Notes under the pieces: model-generated
Database searches by the model: none
Told to the model about the DNA's origin: nothing
The model's input: only the letters and a program-made list of their open reading frames with translations
Made by a program: the position numbers and the translations under genes
IMG/VR virus record: IMGVR_UViG_3300044513_001810
Span: 1 to 59,185 of that record
From: a virus
Lineage: Duplodnaviria; Caudoviricetes
DNA length: 59,185 bases
Direction: 5' to 3' (one strand)
Shown: positions 26,901-36,110 of the stretch, in pieces
Layout of the letters: each line of letters begins with the position of its first letter
How positions within the stretch are numbered: position 1 is the stretch's first letter

Positions 26901-28278
26901 CCAGGTAAGCCATAGGGTCTTTTTGGAATGCGTCTATTCTTTTTTGTCGCTCAATATCTGCTGCCAACGCCTGGTAGTACAGAGGGTTCTCATCCTCAAG
27001 GTTTTCAATGGCAGTAGCATACTTGTCAACCCACTGCATGAAGCGTTGGTACTCTTGAAACTCCGAGCCTTCAACCAAATCGTTATAGAACTCAATCGCC
27101 TGGTTTACCGAGCCGCTAAAGGCAATCTGCTTGTAATCCGGTTTGCGTTCCGTATAACTTCCATCTCGGTTTTTAGTGACATTACTGGCGTAATAGTAGC
27201 CTTCGGGCGGCTGCTTGGTTCCGGGCGCACTTTTGTTTCCAATGACAATGGCTTCATCTAATTGTTGAAAAGACACCCTATTAAATTCATCAAATACATT
27301 TCGCAGATTGTTTTTAAAGTCGCCAAAAGTAGCATACTGCTCGTTTGTTCCTCTGATATAAGGGTCTTCATTGGAATAGAAAGCGTAGAGTTTTTGGTCG
27401 TTAAGGCCATCGCTATTAGTGTACTCTTCCACCGCTTCTTGAAACAGAGTAAGTGTTTGTACTGCTTTGTCAATATTTATCTGAAATAAGCCAAGTTGGT
27501 CCCATTCTTCAGCCCAGTCTATACCAAATTTTTTTTGGCCATATATCAATAAAGAATTAAATCCTTCTGATGCTCTACGCACGGCTGTAGTCTGGTCAAA
27601 CAACTCATGCTCCAGGTGAAAGTCGGTATCTGTAACGGAATAAATAGTTTGCTCATACTCCTTACCGTCAACCTCATATGTAAAAGTGGTTTCCTGGTAG
27701 TCGTCACTTCGGTTATAGTAGTCTTCTTTTTTTCGTAACTGGATGTTCCACCCTTGCTCTCTCTCTAAAATTCCACCAAAGTCGTAGAGGTCTAAACTAA
27801 TTAAGTTGTTGTGACGAGTAGGGTTGGCAAGTATCGGATTCCAAAAGTTAAAGTTGACTTCTCTGTTTTCCTTGATTTCTCTGCGCTCGGCAGCACCATC
27901 AAACCACTCGCGTGCGGTCATTGCATTAGGGTCGTCACAAGGAACAACCTGGCCACGCTCATTGTAACACACCTCGTTTCTTACACGAGGACCACCAGTG
28001 GTGCTTGGTATAAGAGAACCCCCTTCACTTAATCCGGCAGAAGAAGTTTGGCCTCGCATCTCTTGTATCTCAAGAGGGTCGCCAGCCTCCAAATCAATAG
28101 CATTCCTTTCTTTTTCGCCAAACCTATCGTCAATAACTGCCATGGCTTCAAACGCCGCAGCACGGAAGGTTTGGTCTGCCGCAAACTTGCCGGTAAACTC
28201 TTCTAATTCTAAATTAAAATCATCACCGAGTCCACTGCTTAATGTTTTGTGAATATCATTGATATTGTACCCAGCCAT
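17923..28278 (-). CDS. Giant internal virion/ejection protein, polyvalent (3451 aa)
   Basis: Located after the tail and ejection genes; HEFTH zincin, FHGT...GLYFT ART-like and GLQAKTASF...MDRHM HhH-GPD-like motifs. Confidence 0.8.
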   Translation of the reverse strand: MAGYNINDIHKTLSSGLGDDFNLELEEFTGKFAADQTFRAAAFEAMAVIDDRFGEKERNAIDLEAGDPLEIQEMRGQTSSAGLSEGGSLIPSTTGGPRVRNEVCYNERGQVVPCDDPNAMTAREWFDGAAERREIKENREVNFNFWNPILANPTRHNNLISLDLYDFGGILEREQGWNIQLRKKEDYYNRSDDYQETTFTYEVDGKEYEQTIYSVTDTDFHLEHELFDQTTAVRRASEGFNSLLIYGQKKFGIDWAEEWDQLGLFQINIDKAVQTLTLFQEAVEEYTNSDGLNDQKLYAFYSNEDPYIRGTNEQYATFGDFKNNLRNVFDEFNRVSFQQLDEAIVIGNKSAPGTKQPPEGYYYASNVTKNRDGSYTERKPDYKQIAFSGSVNQAIEFYNDLVEGSEFQEYQRFMQWVDKYATAIENLEDENPLYYQALAADIERQKRIDAFQKDPMAYLGVDAFVEATEAGLREVPWVGNTMADVVDASYNTPYVGVKSLVGHQVRATAYGGGKALALVQGGVSLVNSITLTVGDMTGIASENYTSWDRWADKFLDVLDPQQYAGFGTSSNHMGSFYPYAMTTVVDGKTYTVEYEDMQSANKDYTSIRGEDGYMIFDEALSNRIVGTLAGKERKQQFNSGVFWFQTMNTTFDVGTMLVGGAGWAKAGIGLKTAKLTVKTGNRIKRTLGFAEAQLTEKAVKQIAYRQGAELTMAMQMHNGMYQSYLDQGLTPTEAAYHALGGTFAVVTVNRLNPEFNTTYKAWGKVKKGDVNRFIRGSYNTRLQMFRNGASQYGSTFWKAGLMEASEEGIFEPLAQDASSFLLGQAGKGNVDIQSFGPGTVDQMILGGTVGIIFPMVNVVKTNGNLAHMQKDLLFRMHLNPERTRNIINDYVGNKFVDEDGETIREFTQQDADKFIRILETASAQTNAQVNGQSTAFDLNKGESFTDQQIMELHGVNVALAALTEVGSTPQLDPVVNELTENLNDVIKRASEDPSSLNTRNNDPAVPSQEENEAARRVEDELADDLNNLGVPTQSRTAPHIRALAKKLEENFPGTSAVTDQAAFDEVYRNRVMKQFPTLKESNKKEVKGFYDETTNTIFLNPESATLGTAIHEFTHVWLNYVKANNTNLYNKMIELAKNDAGIMGLVPDIAEYTGTDLRAMEAIVHAIENRAELALTAKDSPGLQQLLKMIDELFNYLQKTLNLTDKRFEEYTLGEFIDRGAYEVVTGDMSSGIAVPTVGEMQNQRVVMRDTRGQYAIGDLEVTDGIVGLRQSNGTILKIGGENILYEQANRYGLELLDGTQRRVQPKSENTVTIDGVDSEVSLSMEPTPAPTAEPGIYLAMAADIPMLQSARNSGLLFHGTMEKSLNSFNPQYRAGTYGTGLYFTNAAYKANDYGNYFVFSNPENMNLLPYYDTKFSDLVTLMKDGKFKNDFRFLMNLTAEQAQKIKAIRDEYIYSDVDYRTKMDEFYGANKGLGGAPSAWTTDAAAYYADRLMAGESMAGLSLHDLTMFTYNGTNYGEMNNVRKGLEESGIDGWYVSSDISKYHEAVIINSNKLNESIVDNPFGQTADEYNQAVNTTPRVKRFAVDSKQNLPSVDITNPLGAEAVKKSNLYLSITPSQAAKIGVAPFRSVETLTLEDVNGVHGTLQFQYLSEQTSKLAGLLGIEIGQQSPAHGGYTFMGNEAGRFLQEASQFLEINGDPENIKLFTAVLGAIAPDQQESVVRFTEDTTLDPTADDTNFYMRIPVPGNVLGSDGNEKASEDFRKRMFEAGIQGFSITYGDNLLHLFPENDQEVQDALHFLSGLGAELGTDLQSGAQVIPGKRNFDEETSDQGGYLETIRGFRDANPDLYRTNPELHGLLAFAETSYLREQGFATRNPELISTPLELTWDENTSDFRVGGLPLNDYGKKYGVSNLGKVRETVSVQMAPGVVWNIPGGIEDGVFSFAELFWMKQQGWNPAQITNESNRNKLYRKLGRTMTPEKGDSVSVFNGFIFGLLSPNQPLTPNEFQVAVGRVQAIEHAESDELIRQYFTGEIESLTAEQVPVLTIQGYANMLAGVADPLNMTKEERAALEEKITYFFQAQAADKGGLGIKSSGEYTNLAELAFKFRMDSPIEGQNKGADFFAKSPDETWVSFMTRMMTEVRGLQAKTASFSGVWQDPLVAAISAMDRHMLRVFETELLANSADRAKLESKVIAKWNNAVKARDIYKGKKRTAKDKKEYIDKHDFVTAESVEVTNLDDLMAQRGANQAFMMSMFDLVSQKQAVYEVAKTGQINPRFTEFVGKYNQLLTSPKDGKVSIPGDFYLKALQINNEVATRNGLGIFMSQWALWDKKRNRFEPHEVMFPGLAKLPRLPFFTMQESIKSHKAAGYMNSSMDENMNMSPARPMASSGLYFSIDGDKRFERVVKKALDSGLPPKRVIKKLVDAGMSRQAATNLVMVGGRETATQPKERMTASTWAKAIPDERTTEEITENTKSYFPRSNQMTRAEAKLLIDEIGLPAAIRMLVEPDRVNLLFQDKRVDAPSSAEPIPSRSKQGRQNQSANAQSFRFSAVRVALFNEVNERISDMILELDSNGAVALAENYREALRDMVEQLALDATSAGQFIQAFSLISRAGGETMAAYIKRKLDKKGVPYTEADLEEIKNLAEIMKSYQDNTQEYVKAEFELLKKISKLEGVSLFDIAEAQYYSNMLSGFGTQLKNFAANIASIVTEGIVLPLANLSPMSFFKYWGGVGRSVFPALDQAWFTLKTGIRYERSGSDKFALQSTKVPLYEMYGFNQLWGDDAYTSTADNKVWRAVETILGRTALQIFNPVFMKLPGRMLSAVDIGMRRMSKGGEVSVIMHRLAQGRDTDAMSQEELALLEENALLVVMGDETVEQRQARREKYGTQAVAEGYKPHTNGFRLRIAELEQQDLALNDIEAEAERIATENIFMNEPAGVLGKIYRGMIRALEEDGTGAVTDSAMRIGKALYIPFLKVLANVGNRLYSYTPLQFVNIAGDAVARGLGKPGYQVFRNQDSRRRAYARAVFGTSVMGFFLAGMKSFGDDDDEEKLPAWKITGGGTGDPYKDYQLQMDGRWKPYTITFYRAYPGGPLLDEPKVMEYRETPLSLVFMSLGAITDYEDFKEKGLLDQQTGIDEFMTKATIGVTAFFEGLSDYTFVQGLQELFKGIPSSGSSAGQDGSWQDTYIYKKLEQTMKTLTVPNFVQQLNRSVLDYNNMPLNQRLELLDNWKREMLMFTNETNHPLVDVLGDPVQPDAFRYFPMISEPPQNEVSDYAREYFYETFVMNNCFVPAPTYPGMVVYDSESALYQRAIPMDNIQEYKFYVLRGAKIKDRMLELSESGLLEIAEDAVEDFIDVADDGIVDVNALRDNKKQEVLKKVLNQVVRDASKYATVYLQAEYIVTSLSAKDASTGLTAEEMDYLNAAQEMLNNIGNTSDTWPISLTDRPVNNIFEY

Positions 28279-28279
28279 A

Positions 28280-30106
28280 TCATGCTATGTTAGATTGCTT
28301 TCCGCGTAACACATCAAGCACATTCATGTCTATTGTTTTTCTTTGTCCGTAGCGTGTTACCGCAGATGTTTCACGAGAGTTAATCAGCGTGATAAACTCT
28401 GCAAACGACATAGTCTGTCTTGCTTTACCTTCAAAACTAACCACAACATTACCCATACTTACACTGACCCTTGTAATAGTACCACTGGCTGTTTTCACAC
28501 CACCTTTCTTCAGCACATCATTGATACCTCCAATCTGTTCCCTACTCAATGTTGACCGGCTTGTGCCAATAACATCTAATGCCGCCTCTTGATTCTCTCG
28601 GTAAATGCTTTCCGGGTCAGCGTCAAGTTCAGTTCTGCTTGATGCATCAGTGTATGCCTCCGGATTGTACTGGCCTTCAACAGTTACTTTGTGGTCATTC
28701 ATACGCATCTGAACCGAACCGGACTCTACGCCACGGTAACTTAATTCAGTAGCCAACTCATCTCCATTAAAGATTTCCTTGTCTGTCACTTTAAATGAAA
28801 GCAAGTCTTGCTTCTCCTCAATAACAAGGAAGTTGTTATCTCCAGGATTAAAATAAACCTTAACACGCTTGTTGTCAAACTCTGCTCCAGCAAAGATTGC
28901 ATCTTCAACTGGATACAAAACTTTGCCGTCTTTAAGAATCTTATCGCCAAGATTACCCTGGCCCATAGACAAGGTGTTAATGGTTCTAATGAGTTTATCT
29001 TCACGGGCATATGTATCAGCATTACTACGCTGTGACTGTGGAGAAATAATAATCGGTTGCTGAATCTCGCTAACCGTTACACCGCTTGATACTCGGTTAA
29101 TACCATAGTTTCGTGTTGCTTCTTCAAGACCTTTTGCCAACAGATATTGGTTTCCAAAATCATCCGGGTCTGATAAAATCTGACCAACAGTTTTAGAGTA
29201 AACTTGAACATTGCCATCAGCATCTTGGTATTCAAACTCAACCATTTCGTTTCTGTTTGAATTAGCCCAAATGTCGCGTTGCTCATTAAGCATTGCCACA
29301 GCAATTCTATCCTGGTAGTTGCTGGTAGCCACTTGCAATAAAGACATGCCGTTCTGTGAAGCGTCCATTAACTCTAACGCAGTCTTTGGAACAACTGTTC
29401 CGTTTGCCGTTTTAACAAAGTTAAGCGCAACATCAAGTTCAGTCGTTTCGGTTTGGCGTGCGCCACCCTGGACTTGACTTTGAACTTGACGCTGTGATTC
29501 AATCTGGCTTTTAGACTTAAAGAAGTTTAGCCAGTATCCAGGCGCACTGGCTACCGAAGAGCGAATCTGTTCGTCAGAAGCAGAAGTCATAAACCACTGT
29601 AACGGACCTATAGCCTCGCCGGGTTTGTAAAAGGCAATATCATTTGGCTTGATGTACGAGTTAAAGTACATGTCAATGACAGCCCCAGAATTTAAATCTT
29701 TATTCTGTTTAATCTGACTTTCCTCTTGCTTCACCATACCGACAAACTCGCGCTCGCCGGCAATGTCTTGTTTTAAGTCTGCAACAAGTGCTTGGGGAGG
29801 GGACTGCGTTTGGTCAATAAACTTTAGCATACCTTCAAGTTTTTGCGCCACAAGGTCATGCATAGCGACACCAATGTGTTCACCGTATCCGGAAGCAATG
29901 TAGTTGCTTGCGCGGTATGCGTCCTCGCGATACCCACCAAGAGTACGCTCTAACTTTTCCTCCGCTTTTTGTATTGTGTTGGCGCGTGTATACGCTTGAC
30001 GGGCTTGCTGATTAGCCAGTCTTGTTACTTGTTTGGCAATAGACTCCGCATCCGATTTAATCGGCTGTGAAAAACCTAACGCTCCAGCACCTTCTAATCC
30101 AGCCAT
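28280..30106 (-). CDS. Putative internal virion/ejection protein
   Basis: Helical Q/A-rich N-terminus; gene position. Confidence 0.6.
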   Translation of the reverse strand: MAGLEGAGALGFSQPIKSDAESIAKQVTRLANQQARQAYTRANTIQKAEEKLERTLGGYREDAYRASNYIASGYGEHIGVAMHDLVAQKLEGMLKFIDQTQSPPQALVADLKQDIAGEREFVGMVKQEESQIKQNKDLNSGAVIDMYFNSYIKPNDIAFYKPGEAIGPLQWFMTSASDEQIRSSVASAPGYWLNFFKSKSQIESQRQVQSQVQGGARQTETTELDVALNFVKTANGTVVPKTALELMDASQNGMSLLQVATSNYQDRIAVAMLNEQRDIWANSNRNEMVEFEYQDADGNVQVYSKTVGQILSDPDDFGNQYLLAKGLEEATRNYGINRVSSGVTVSEIQQPIIISPQSQRSNADTYAREDKLIRTINTLSMGQGNLGDKILKDGKVLYPVEDAIFAGAEFDNKRVKVYFNPGDNNFLVIEEKQDLLSFKVTDKEIFNGDELATELSYRGVESGSVQMRMNDHKVTVEGQYNPEAYTDASSRTELDADPESIYRENQEAALDVIGTSRSTLSREQIGGINDVLKKGGVKTASGTITRVSVSMGNVVVSFEGKARQTMSFAEFITLINSRETSAVTRYGQRKTIDMNVLDVLRGKQSNIA

Positions 30107-30110
30107 AATA

Positions 30111-30815
30111 TTAAATCTCGACCCATTGGCCTTGGTCATACATGTAATTTACACCGTTAACAGTCTTTACCTCACCTTGTTGTGGTGGTGTCTGACCCCC
30201 CATTGTGTTGCGACTTCCGTATGGGTTTGGATTGAACGGTCCAAGTTGGTTGTCCTTCATATACTGTTGGTTTTGCTTCTGATATTGCATTGAACCTATT
30301 TGAGCAACACTACCAAGCATTCCGCCCAGGCCAGCAAATCCACCAGCAATCAACTGCTGTTTAGTTTGCACATCTTCACGGTACTTCTGTTGCTTGTCCT
30401 GGAAAACCATACGGTCATCTTGAACAAGAGCATTTTGCAAATTCATAGATATACCTTCGCGGCGTGCCTTGTCTTGCGCTTCCATCTGTGCCAACTGCAA
30501 AGCGTTTTGCGAAGATTGTGCGCCAGTGGCGGCGGTCCCTAAAAAGGCTTGCTGTGCATCGGTGGCCGCACGATTATACTGTGCAGCACTGGCGGCCGCA
30601 CCAGACTGGGCAGAACGCTCCATAGCACCGACATTAGCCATACGGCCAGCGGCTTTAATGTCTGCTCCGCGAGCCATCTCTTGCAAGCGGCCACTGCCCT
30701 CATACATAGGACGCTCTCCTGGGTCCATCTTTAAACCTTGGTACAAGGACATTCCCCCTTGGATACCTTGTAATACTGCTTGACCACCAAGCGCGCCAAT
30801 TGTTAGTGGATTCAT
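30111..30815 (-). CDS. Putative ejection/pilot protein
   Basis: Gly/Ala/Gln-rich with amphipathic termini. Confidence 0.6.
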   Translation of the reverse strand: MNPLTIGALGGQAVLQGIQGGMSLYQGLKMDPGERPMYEGSGRLQEMARGADIKAAGRMANVGAMERSAQSGAAASAAQYNRAATDAQQAFLGTAATGAQSSQNALQLAQMEAQDKARREGISMNLQNALVQDDRMVFQDKQQKYREDVQTKQQLIAGGFAGLGGMLGSVAQIGSMQYQKQNQQYMKDNQLGPFNPNPYGSRNTMGGQTPPQQGEVKTVNGVNYMYDQGQWVEI

Positions 30816-30817
30816 AG

Positions 30818-33800
30818 TTATGCTGTTTTATGCCCTTTTTGAACAGAGTATGCTATATCTGCAAATCTAATCTTTACTTGGCTTGTTTCATCAAATTCTA
30901 ACATAAACAAAAGAAATGGATTTACCAACTTCTCGCCCGTCATTCCGTTGCTATCGTATGTTGTAGCAACATATGATGATGGTGATGGCTCTAATCTATT
31001 TCTATATATAGGTGCGTAATACACACCCTCATATTGTCTGAAGTCTGTATCGCTCAAGTCTGACGATTGTATAAAATCAGAGTATGTGCGCGAGGACGGG
31101 TAATCTCCAGAGGAGTTTCTGTCCATATATTTTGCTTCAGTTCTAAAGTGTACAAATGATGGCGCATAGTTGCCCTCAATTGTAATGCTGTTATACGCTT
31201 TTACTATTTGTGGGTTGTTTTGAATAATCCCGGATATCTGACTGTCATATTGTGTGCCATAGAAATTGTTACGCGTATCGTTTGCGTCATGCACCCACAA
31301 TTCAGCATTCTTAAACGACAAGAACTCCGTGCCAACTTGAGCCATTTGCTCTGGCATGTATGAATAGCGAGTAGTCCACGCATTTATCGCGGTATCATAC
31401 GACAGTGTCATTGCGTCACCGTTTTCCAGGTCGTAATATGACGAGCGGAACTCACTGATAATCAAGTACATAGTGTCACTTCCGGATTGCGTAACTCCCA
31501 GGCTGTCTTCAATAGTAATCTTTAGGCTGGTACTATCTTGTGTCGCCGTGAACTCAACATAACCGCCGGTAGATGTATCACTAAAAGAACTGATAGAGGT
31601 GTCGTCTGAATAGGTTAGTGACACGCTGTCAAAATCTGAAGTGTTATCGCTTTGAGCAAGGCCACTCATGTCGCCAAGTGCTACACGATACTTGCGATTT
31701 TTCTTTATGTCGGCACTAACCGTTAGCGTAAGCCCGTCATACGGGTCTTGGTTGCCGGCCAACACATTGGTGTTAGACAACTCATCAATGTAATCTTGCA
31801 AGTATTTATAAGTAGAAGCCACCTCCGGCAAATGCAAAATGTATTCATCGTTACGATTATCGTAGCCACCAAAACAACCGGTAGCACCTTGTTGTACAAT
31901 AAGGTTACTACGCTGACGGAAGAAAGATTTGATGCCCCTATCTCCAATCGGTAATAATCCGTTTCGGTCGTACAGCACCGCGGTTCCGTTTAGCGCATCA
32001 TAGAAGAACACGCGATTGTTAGACTCAACAACGCTTTCCGGATGCAGCGTGCCATAGGAGCCACGAAGCACTTGTGTTGAGCCAATAACACCAGACTGTA
32101 CTGCAAGGAATGCCGCGCCTCCAGAGGTTTGTAATTGGGCTTCTCCGATATAAACACTGGCAGTTTCGTTTGTTCCAATAGCCAGCATGGTGTTACCCTC
32201 TGATTCCGTCTTGGAAGTAAAGACCAACTTCTGAATAGAACCCAATTCACTTGCAAGAATATTTTCATCAAGCGAATTAAACAACGAAAGCCCATTGAGC
32301 AAAGAGCCTTCTATGCGGCGTTCACTAAATGATATACCCGTGGGCTTGTGTACTTGTTGAAAGCGCGTTAAACCAAACGAACGGCCAGTAACTTGAACCC
32401 AAGTGTTAGCCTTTTTGTAGTCTGGATTAGTAACCTCATGAACAAAATCTGTCCCAGTATTGTATTGCAGCATTTTAACAACAACATCGCCTTCAAAATA
32501 ACCAGACGATGTACTAAATGAACGGCTGCTTGTACCAGGACTGCTTATATTATATGAATAGCCAAACTCATGAAAAGGCAAATTTTCGTTTATAAGTGCT
32601 GGCGTATATATTTCAGCCATTACGGCGTAGTTGCTGTAGTTTAAATTGCCTAAATCTTTTAAACTACAAAACAAGTCATCTTCGGTTTGATGCAAAACAC
32701 GCAGTGTTGCCATGCCGGTATAATTAGGCAAGTTGTGTAGGTTGATAAGGTCGCCCTCTGACAAATTATATCCAAAGTTTTCCACCGCCATACTGGACAA
32801 GTGGACTTGAATGTATTGGTGCGTTGCCTCTGTATAAGTTTTGCTTTGATTGTTTGCTTGCAAGTCAGACACATAGTGCAGCCCTTGTACTGCAAACTGT
32901 ATAAAGAAAGACTTGTTCAAAGATTTAGTACGAACAAAATGATACGAATGCGCCCATTCCGGTATGTAGTTTTGAGGGCTGGATGTAGGCAAAGAAAACT
33001 CTACCTTTTGTACGGCCGTTAAATAATCATCATCGCGATTAGGGATATCTACACCTTCTGTTCCAGTCAAGTCAATCACCCGTCCCAATCGGCCATATTT
33101 ATCAGCGAACATTAAGCCAAACCTATAACTATTTCCACTTTTCCATAAACGCATGTTTTCCTCATAAGTTATAGAATCGCTTGTCAATCCCGTAACAGTA
33201 ACAGAGGTGTCTGCGGTAGTCTGCATTTCAAAAAGAAAAATGCGCTGTGCGCCAGAAGCGGTATAGGTGTTTTCTATATATGTTTCAAGTTCTGTTTTGC
33301 TTGTTGCTACACGAACTTGTGAAGACAAATCTTGCGTTGTTGGCCATCTTGTGGTATTTAAAGTACCACCAGTAGACCAGTCTGTTTCATAGTCGTTTGG
33401 TTGAGCAATAGGGTTTCCGTGTGACGCAAAAGTATAATATCCATCAGCAGTTGTGCCTTGAACTTTAATAAACCTCGCATTGACCATTACATTTATCCCC
33501 CCACCAGATGGCTCATACGAAACCTCGTACAAAAGATAATTTGACCGTTGGCCACCAGAGGTTTGCTGGACCTTTGGAGTAACCGAGGTGTTTTTTACAA
33601 GGCCGGTTTCATTTAAGTTGTTATAACCCTCCGTAGTGTTACCCATAAATACTCTTCCGCGCGCACATTCAACCGCTTTAGCCTTTACCGGAACAGCACT
33701 AAAGTACCTTGTAACTTCAGAGTCCGCTATAGCGTATTTAACCGTGTCATTTCTAAACGGCACTGTTAAAGAAACATCATCATCGTCATGCTCTATAATT

Positions 33801-34693
33801 GCATCGCGATTCTTTTCAATATAAAAAACCGAAAAAGAGGTTTCCAAGCCAAACTTAACCAAGTACTCAACCTCAATAACATCCGCACCAATAACTTGAC
33901 CAGAAGGCACGGTTAATGTAATTGTATTAAATTCTTTTTCGCTGTCAGTTGTGTCTGGGTTTGCGTGATATACCGGCTTGCTGTAAGGACTCAAGGTACT
34001 TACCTCGCCATCAGCGTATACAAATCTATACGCAAAAGTAAACGACTCGTCCGCAATGAAATTGTAGTCTACGGCAGTATCCTTAAATCTATTGGTAGTT
34101 AGAGGTAAGGTGGGTGCTTGACGAACAACGGTTATCAAACTGTCACGAATGTCCGTTGCGCCCTCTCCGTAATAGGTGTATGTATCGTATGTGTTTAATT
34201 GGGTGTATGATGAGTCATGTTTTTTTAAACCTCGCTCAACATTGATTCTTTTGGGTTCGGTATTGTTGTCTGTAAAAAACAACAAATCACCATTTAAACC
34301 AACACCAGTAATTAGGTGTGACAACGAAAAGTTCAACCCCTCCTGGGCAACACCCCCTACAGAGGCTGCAAAGTCATCTTGCTCAAGAACTTTTCTGATG
34401 GTGTCTTCTTTATGAAAGTAACACAGCACCATGTGGTCGTCATTGCTGTTATGCACAAAGTAATATACACGAGAGTTCTCGTCATCCGATAGGTGACCAA
34501 TGCAAGTGTTAGTTCCGCTTGGCAAGGTAAAGGTAACTTTTTCGTTACCCTTGACATTAGATAGCGCGCCCATGCTGCGCTCCTCATCCGCAGAAACGCG
34601 CACATTCAAAGCATTAAGGTACTGATTACCAGCAATGTATGCCGCATCAGTATCCGTGCTTAATCCACCGGTAAATGTTTTCTTCTCTATCAT
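30818..34693 (-). CDS. Tail nozzle/muzzle (stabilisation) protein
   Basis: FTGGL..D...Y.NALNVR...GALSNVKGN; LFFTDNNTEPKRIN; FAYRFVY.DGE.S.LSP, as in crAss-like muzzle proteins. Confidence 0.75.
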   Translation of the reverse strand: MIEKKTFTGGLSTDTDAAYIAGNQYLNALNVRVSADEERSMGALSNVKGNEKVTFTLPSGTNTCIGHLSDDENSRVYYFVHNSNDDHMVLCYFHKEDTIRKVLEQDDFAASVGGVAQEGLNFSLSHLITGVGLNGDLLFFTDNNTEPKRINVERGLKKHDSSYTQLNTYDTYTYYGEGATDIRDSLITVVRQAPTLPLTTNRFKDTAVDYNFIADESFTFAYRFVYADGEVSTLSPYSKPVYHANPDTTDSEKEFNTITLTVPSGQVIGADVIEVEYLVKFGLETSFSVFYIEKNRDAIIEHDDDDVSLTVPFRNDTVKYAIADSEVTRYFSAVPVKAKAVECARGRVFMGNTTEGYNNLNETGLVKNTSVTPKVQQTSGGQRSNYLLYEVSYEPSGGGINVMVNARFIKVQGTTADGYYTFASHGNPIAQPNDYETDWSTGGTLNTTRWPTTQDLSSQVRVATSKTELETYIENTYTASGAQRIFLFEMQTTADTSVTVTGLTSDSITYEENMRLWKSGNSYRFGLMFADKYGRLGRVIDLTGTEGVDIPNRDDDYLTAVQKVEFSLPTSSPQNYIPEWAHSYHFVRTKSLNKSFFIQFAVQGLHYVSDLQANNQSKTYTEATHQYIQVHLSSMAVENFGYNLSEGDLINLHNLPNYTGMATLRVLHQTEDDLFCSLKDLGNLNYSNYAVMAEIYTPALINENLPFHEFGYSYNISSPGTSSRSFSTSSGYFEGDVVVKMLQYNTGTDFVHEVTNPDYKKANTWVQVTGRSFGLTRFQQVHKPTGISFSERRIEGSLLNGLSLFNSLDENILASELGSIQKLVFTSKTESEGNTMLAIGTNETASVYIGEAQLQTSGGAAFLAVQSGVIGSTQVLRGSYGTLHPESVVESNNRVFFYDALNGTAVLYDRNGLLPIGDRGIKSFFRQRSNLIVQQGATGCFGGYDNRNDEYILHLPEVASTYKYLQDYIDELSNTNVLAGNQDPYDGLTLTVSADIKKNRKYRVALGDMSGLAQSDNTSDFDSVSLTYSDDTSISSFSDTSTGGYVEFTATQDSTSLKITIEDSLGVTQSGSDTMYLIISEFRSSYYDLENGDAMTLSYDTAINAWTTRYSYMPEQMAQVGTEFLSFKNAELWVHDANDTRNNFYGTQYDSQISGIIQNNPQIVKAYNSITIEGNYAPSFVHFRTEAKYMDRNSSGDYPSSRTYSDFIQSSDLSDTDFRQYEGVYYAPIYRNRLEPSPSSYVATTYDSNGMTGEKLVNPFLLFMLEFDETSQVKIRFADIAYSVQKGHKTA

Positions 34694-35445
34694 ACCTTCA
34701 CGCTCTGACGGAACTCACCACGCACCAGGCGCAAGATGTCAGTTTTCGTCAAGCCGTAAAGTCTACCGCGCAACTTGCGTAGTTGATTGTAGTACTCTTG
34801 CTTTGACTCCATCATCTCTGCCTTATTTATTGAGCGGTTGTGTTCTTTGAATTTATAGATAATGTAAGCCTCAATAACCTCTGCGGCATACGGATGGATA
34901 TACGATGCCGTAGTGGCTGAATGATACCCAATGTATTCCATGTAGATAGTAACACCCGTGGCTTGCGCTGGAGATACTTTAATGACACCGCGCTCACGAA
35001 TCACTTTGTATTCAGAACTTGTTGCGTCATTTCCGTAGCCAACCATACCGCCCTTGTGTTCACCCTTATCATTGTAGAAGTTGGTAAAATAATATCCACC
35101 ATAATTCAACGATGCCAACACCTGGTCAGATTCTGTTGATTTATTATCAGCAGATACCGCAAGTCTGTTAAACTCATCATTCACACCAAAGACCTTGATG
35201 CGATGGTCATTGTTTACCTTGCGACCCAACTTAATAACATCAATGAAGTCGCGAGGAATCTGCATTTCATTGTTGGCATCAAGTGTCACCTCAACTGTCT
35301 TTACCAACGGCAGTGTGTCCATATTCAACTCCTGGTTCAAACACTTGAGTGCATAGTGCAAAAACTGCACATACCAGTGAATAGGTAGTCCCAGGGTCAT
35401 TAGTGAACTACGAACGATGCCGTCTACTGTCGTTGTATATCTCAT
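34690..35445 (-). CDS. Tail ring/adaptor protein
   Basis: IPRDFIDVIKLG motif; position upstream of the nozzle. Confidence 0.65.
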   Translation of the reverse strand: MRYTTTVDGIVRSSLMTLGLPIHWYVQFLHYALKCLNQELNMDTLPLVKTVEVTLDANNEMQIPRDFIDVIKLGRKVNNDHRIKVFGVNDEFNRLAVSADNKSTESDQVLASLNYGGYYFTNFYNDKGEHKGGMVGYGNDATSSEYKVIRERGVIKVSPAQATGVTIYMEYIGYHSATTASYIHPYAAEVIEAYIIYKFKEHNRSINKAEMMESKQEYYNQLRKLRGRLYGLTKTDILRLVRGEFRQSVKV

Positions 35446-36110
35446 TGTCTTTTATTAGCGTCTGATACCTCATCGCCAGCCGGAGTGGCTACGCCAAGAA
35501 TCGTTAATACCTCTTGAATAATCTGCATCTCCTGGTCACCGCCAACTGGCAATGTATCTGTAGAAGACACCTTGGCCGGGTCAGCCACCAACAACTGCAT
35601 GTTTATACTGCTGCCCACATCTGTTTGTGAAGCATAGAAAACCACCTCATTATTAGTTCTCAACTCGTAAGGAATCACATTAGACAACAAGACATCCTTA
35701 ACACTGGTGTGTCCAACACCGGACAACAACCCCATCTGGCCACTCTGTATAGGCACAAACGGATTTTCAAAATCATCAAGCGTTAGCGAGTCATACGCTT
35801 CGCGTCTTGTGATATTCCAAACACCAAGGCCGCGAGGCATAGCAATAGGCTGTGCTGGCAGCGTTGCCTTACAATAGTCATCACTAATAGCCGTAGTAGA
35901 AACAGCGTCATACTGCGCTATAGCCGCGTGTGGAGGAAAGTAATCCCCCATGGGCAAATTTACTTGAACAGACTCAATCTTCAGAATGCGGTTGACAGAC
36001 TGAAGAACAAGCAATTCAATTTCTTTTTGCGTAATCTCCTGGTCAGCGGAAGGGTTTCCCCCGTTGTACAAGCGATATATCTGTTCTGTTATTTTACCAA
36101 GAGTCGTCAT
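35442..36110 (-). CDS. Tail ring/adaptor protein
   Basis: Position and size within the tail cluster. Confidence 0.6.
   Translation of the reverse strand: MTTLGKITEQIYRLYNGGNPSADQEITQKEIELLVLQSVNRILKIESVQVNLPMGDYFPPHAAIAQYDAVSTTAISDDYCKATLPAQPIAMPRGLGVWNITRREAYDSLTLDDFENPFVPIQSGQMGLLSGVGHTSVKDVLLSNVIPYELRTNNEVVFYASQTDVGSSINMQLLVADPAKVSSTDTLPVGGDQEMQIIQEVLTILGVATPAGDEVSDANKRQ

Noticed and set aside
17923-28278. Virion RNA polymerase as in crAss-like or N4 phages
   Set aside because: I found no convincing DxDxD or T7-type polymerase motifs; this cannot be fully excluded without a structure search.
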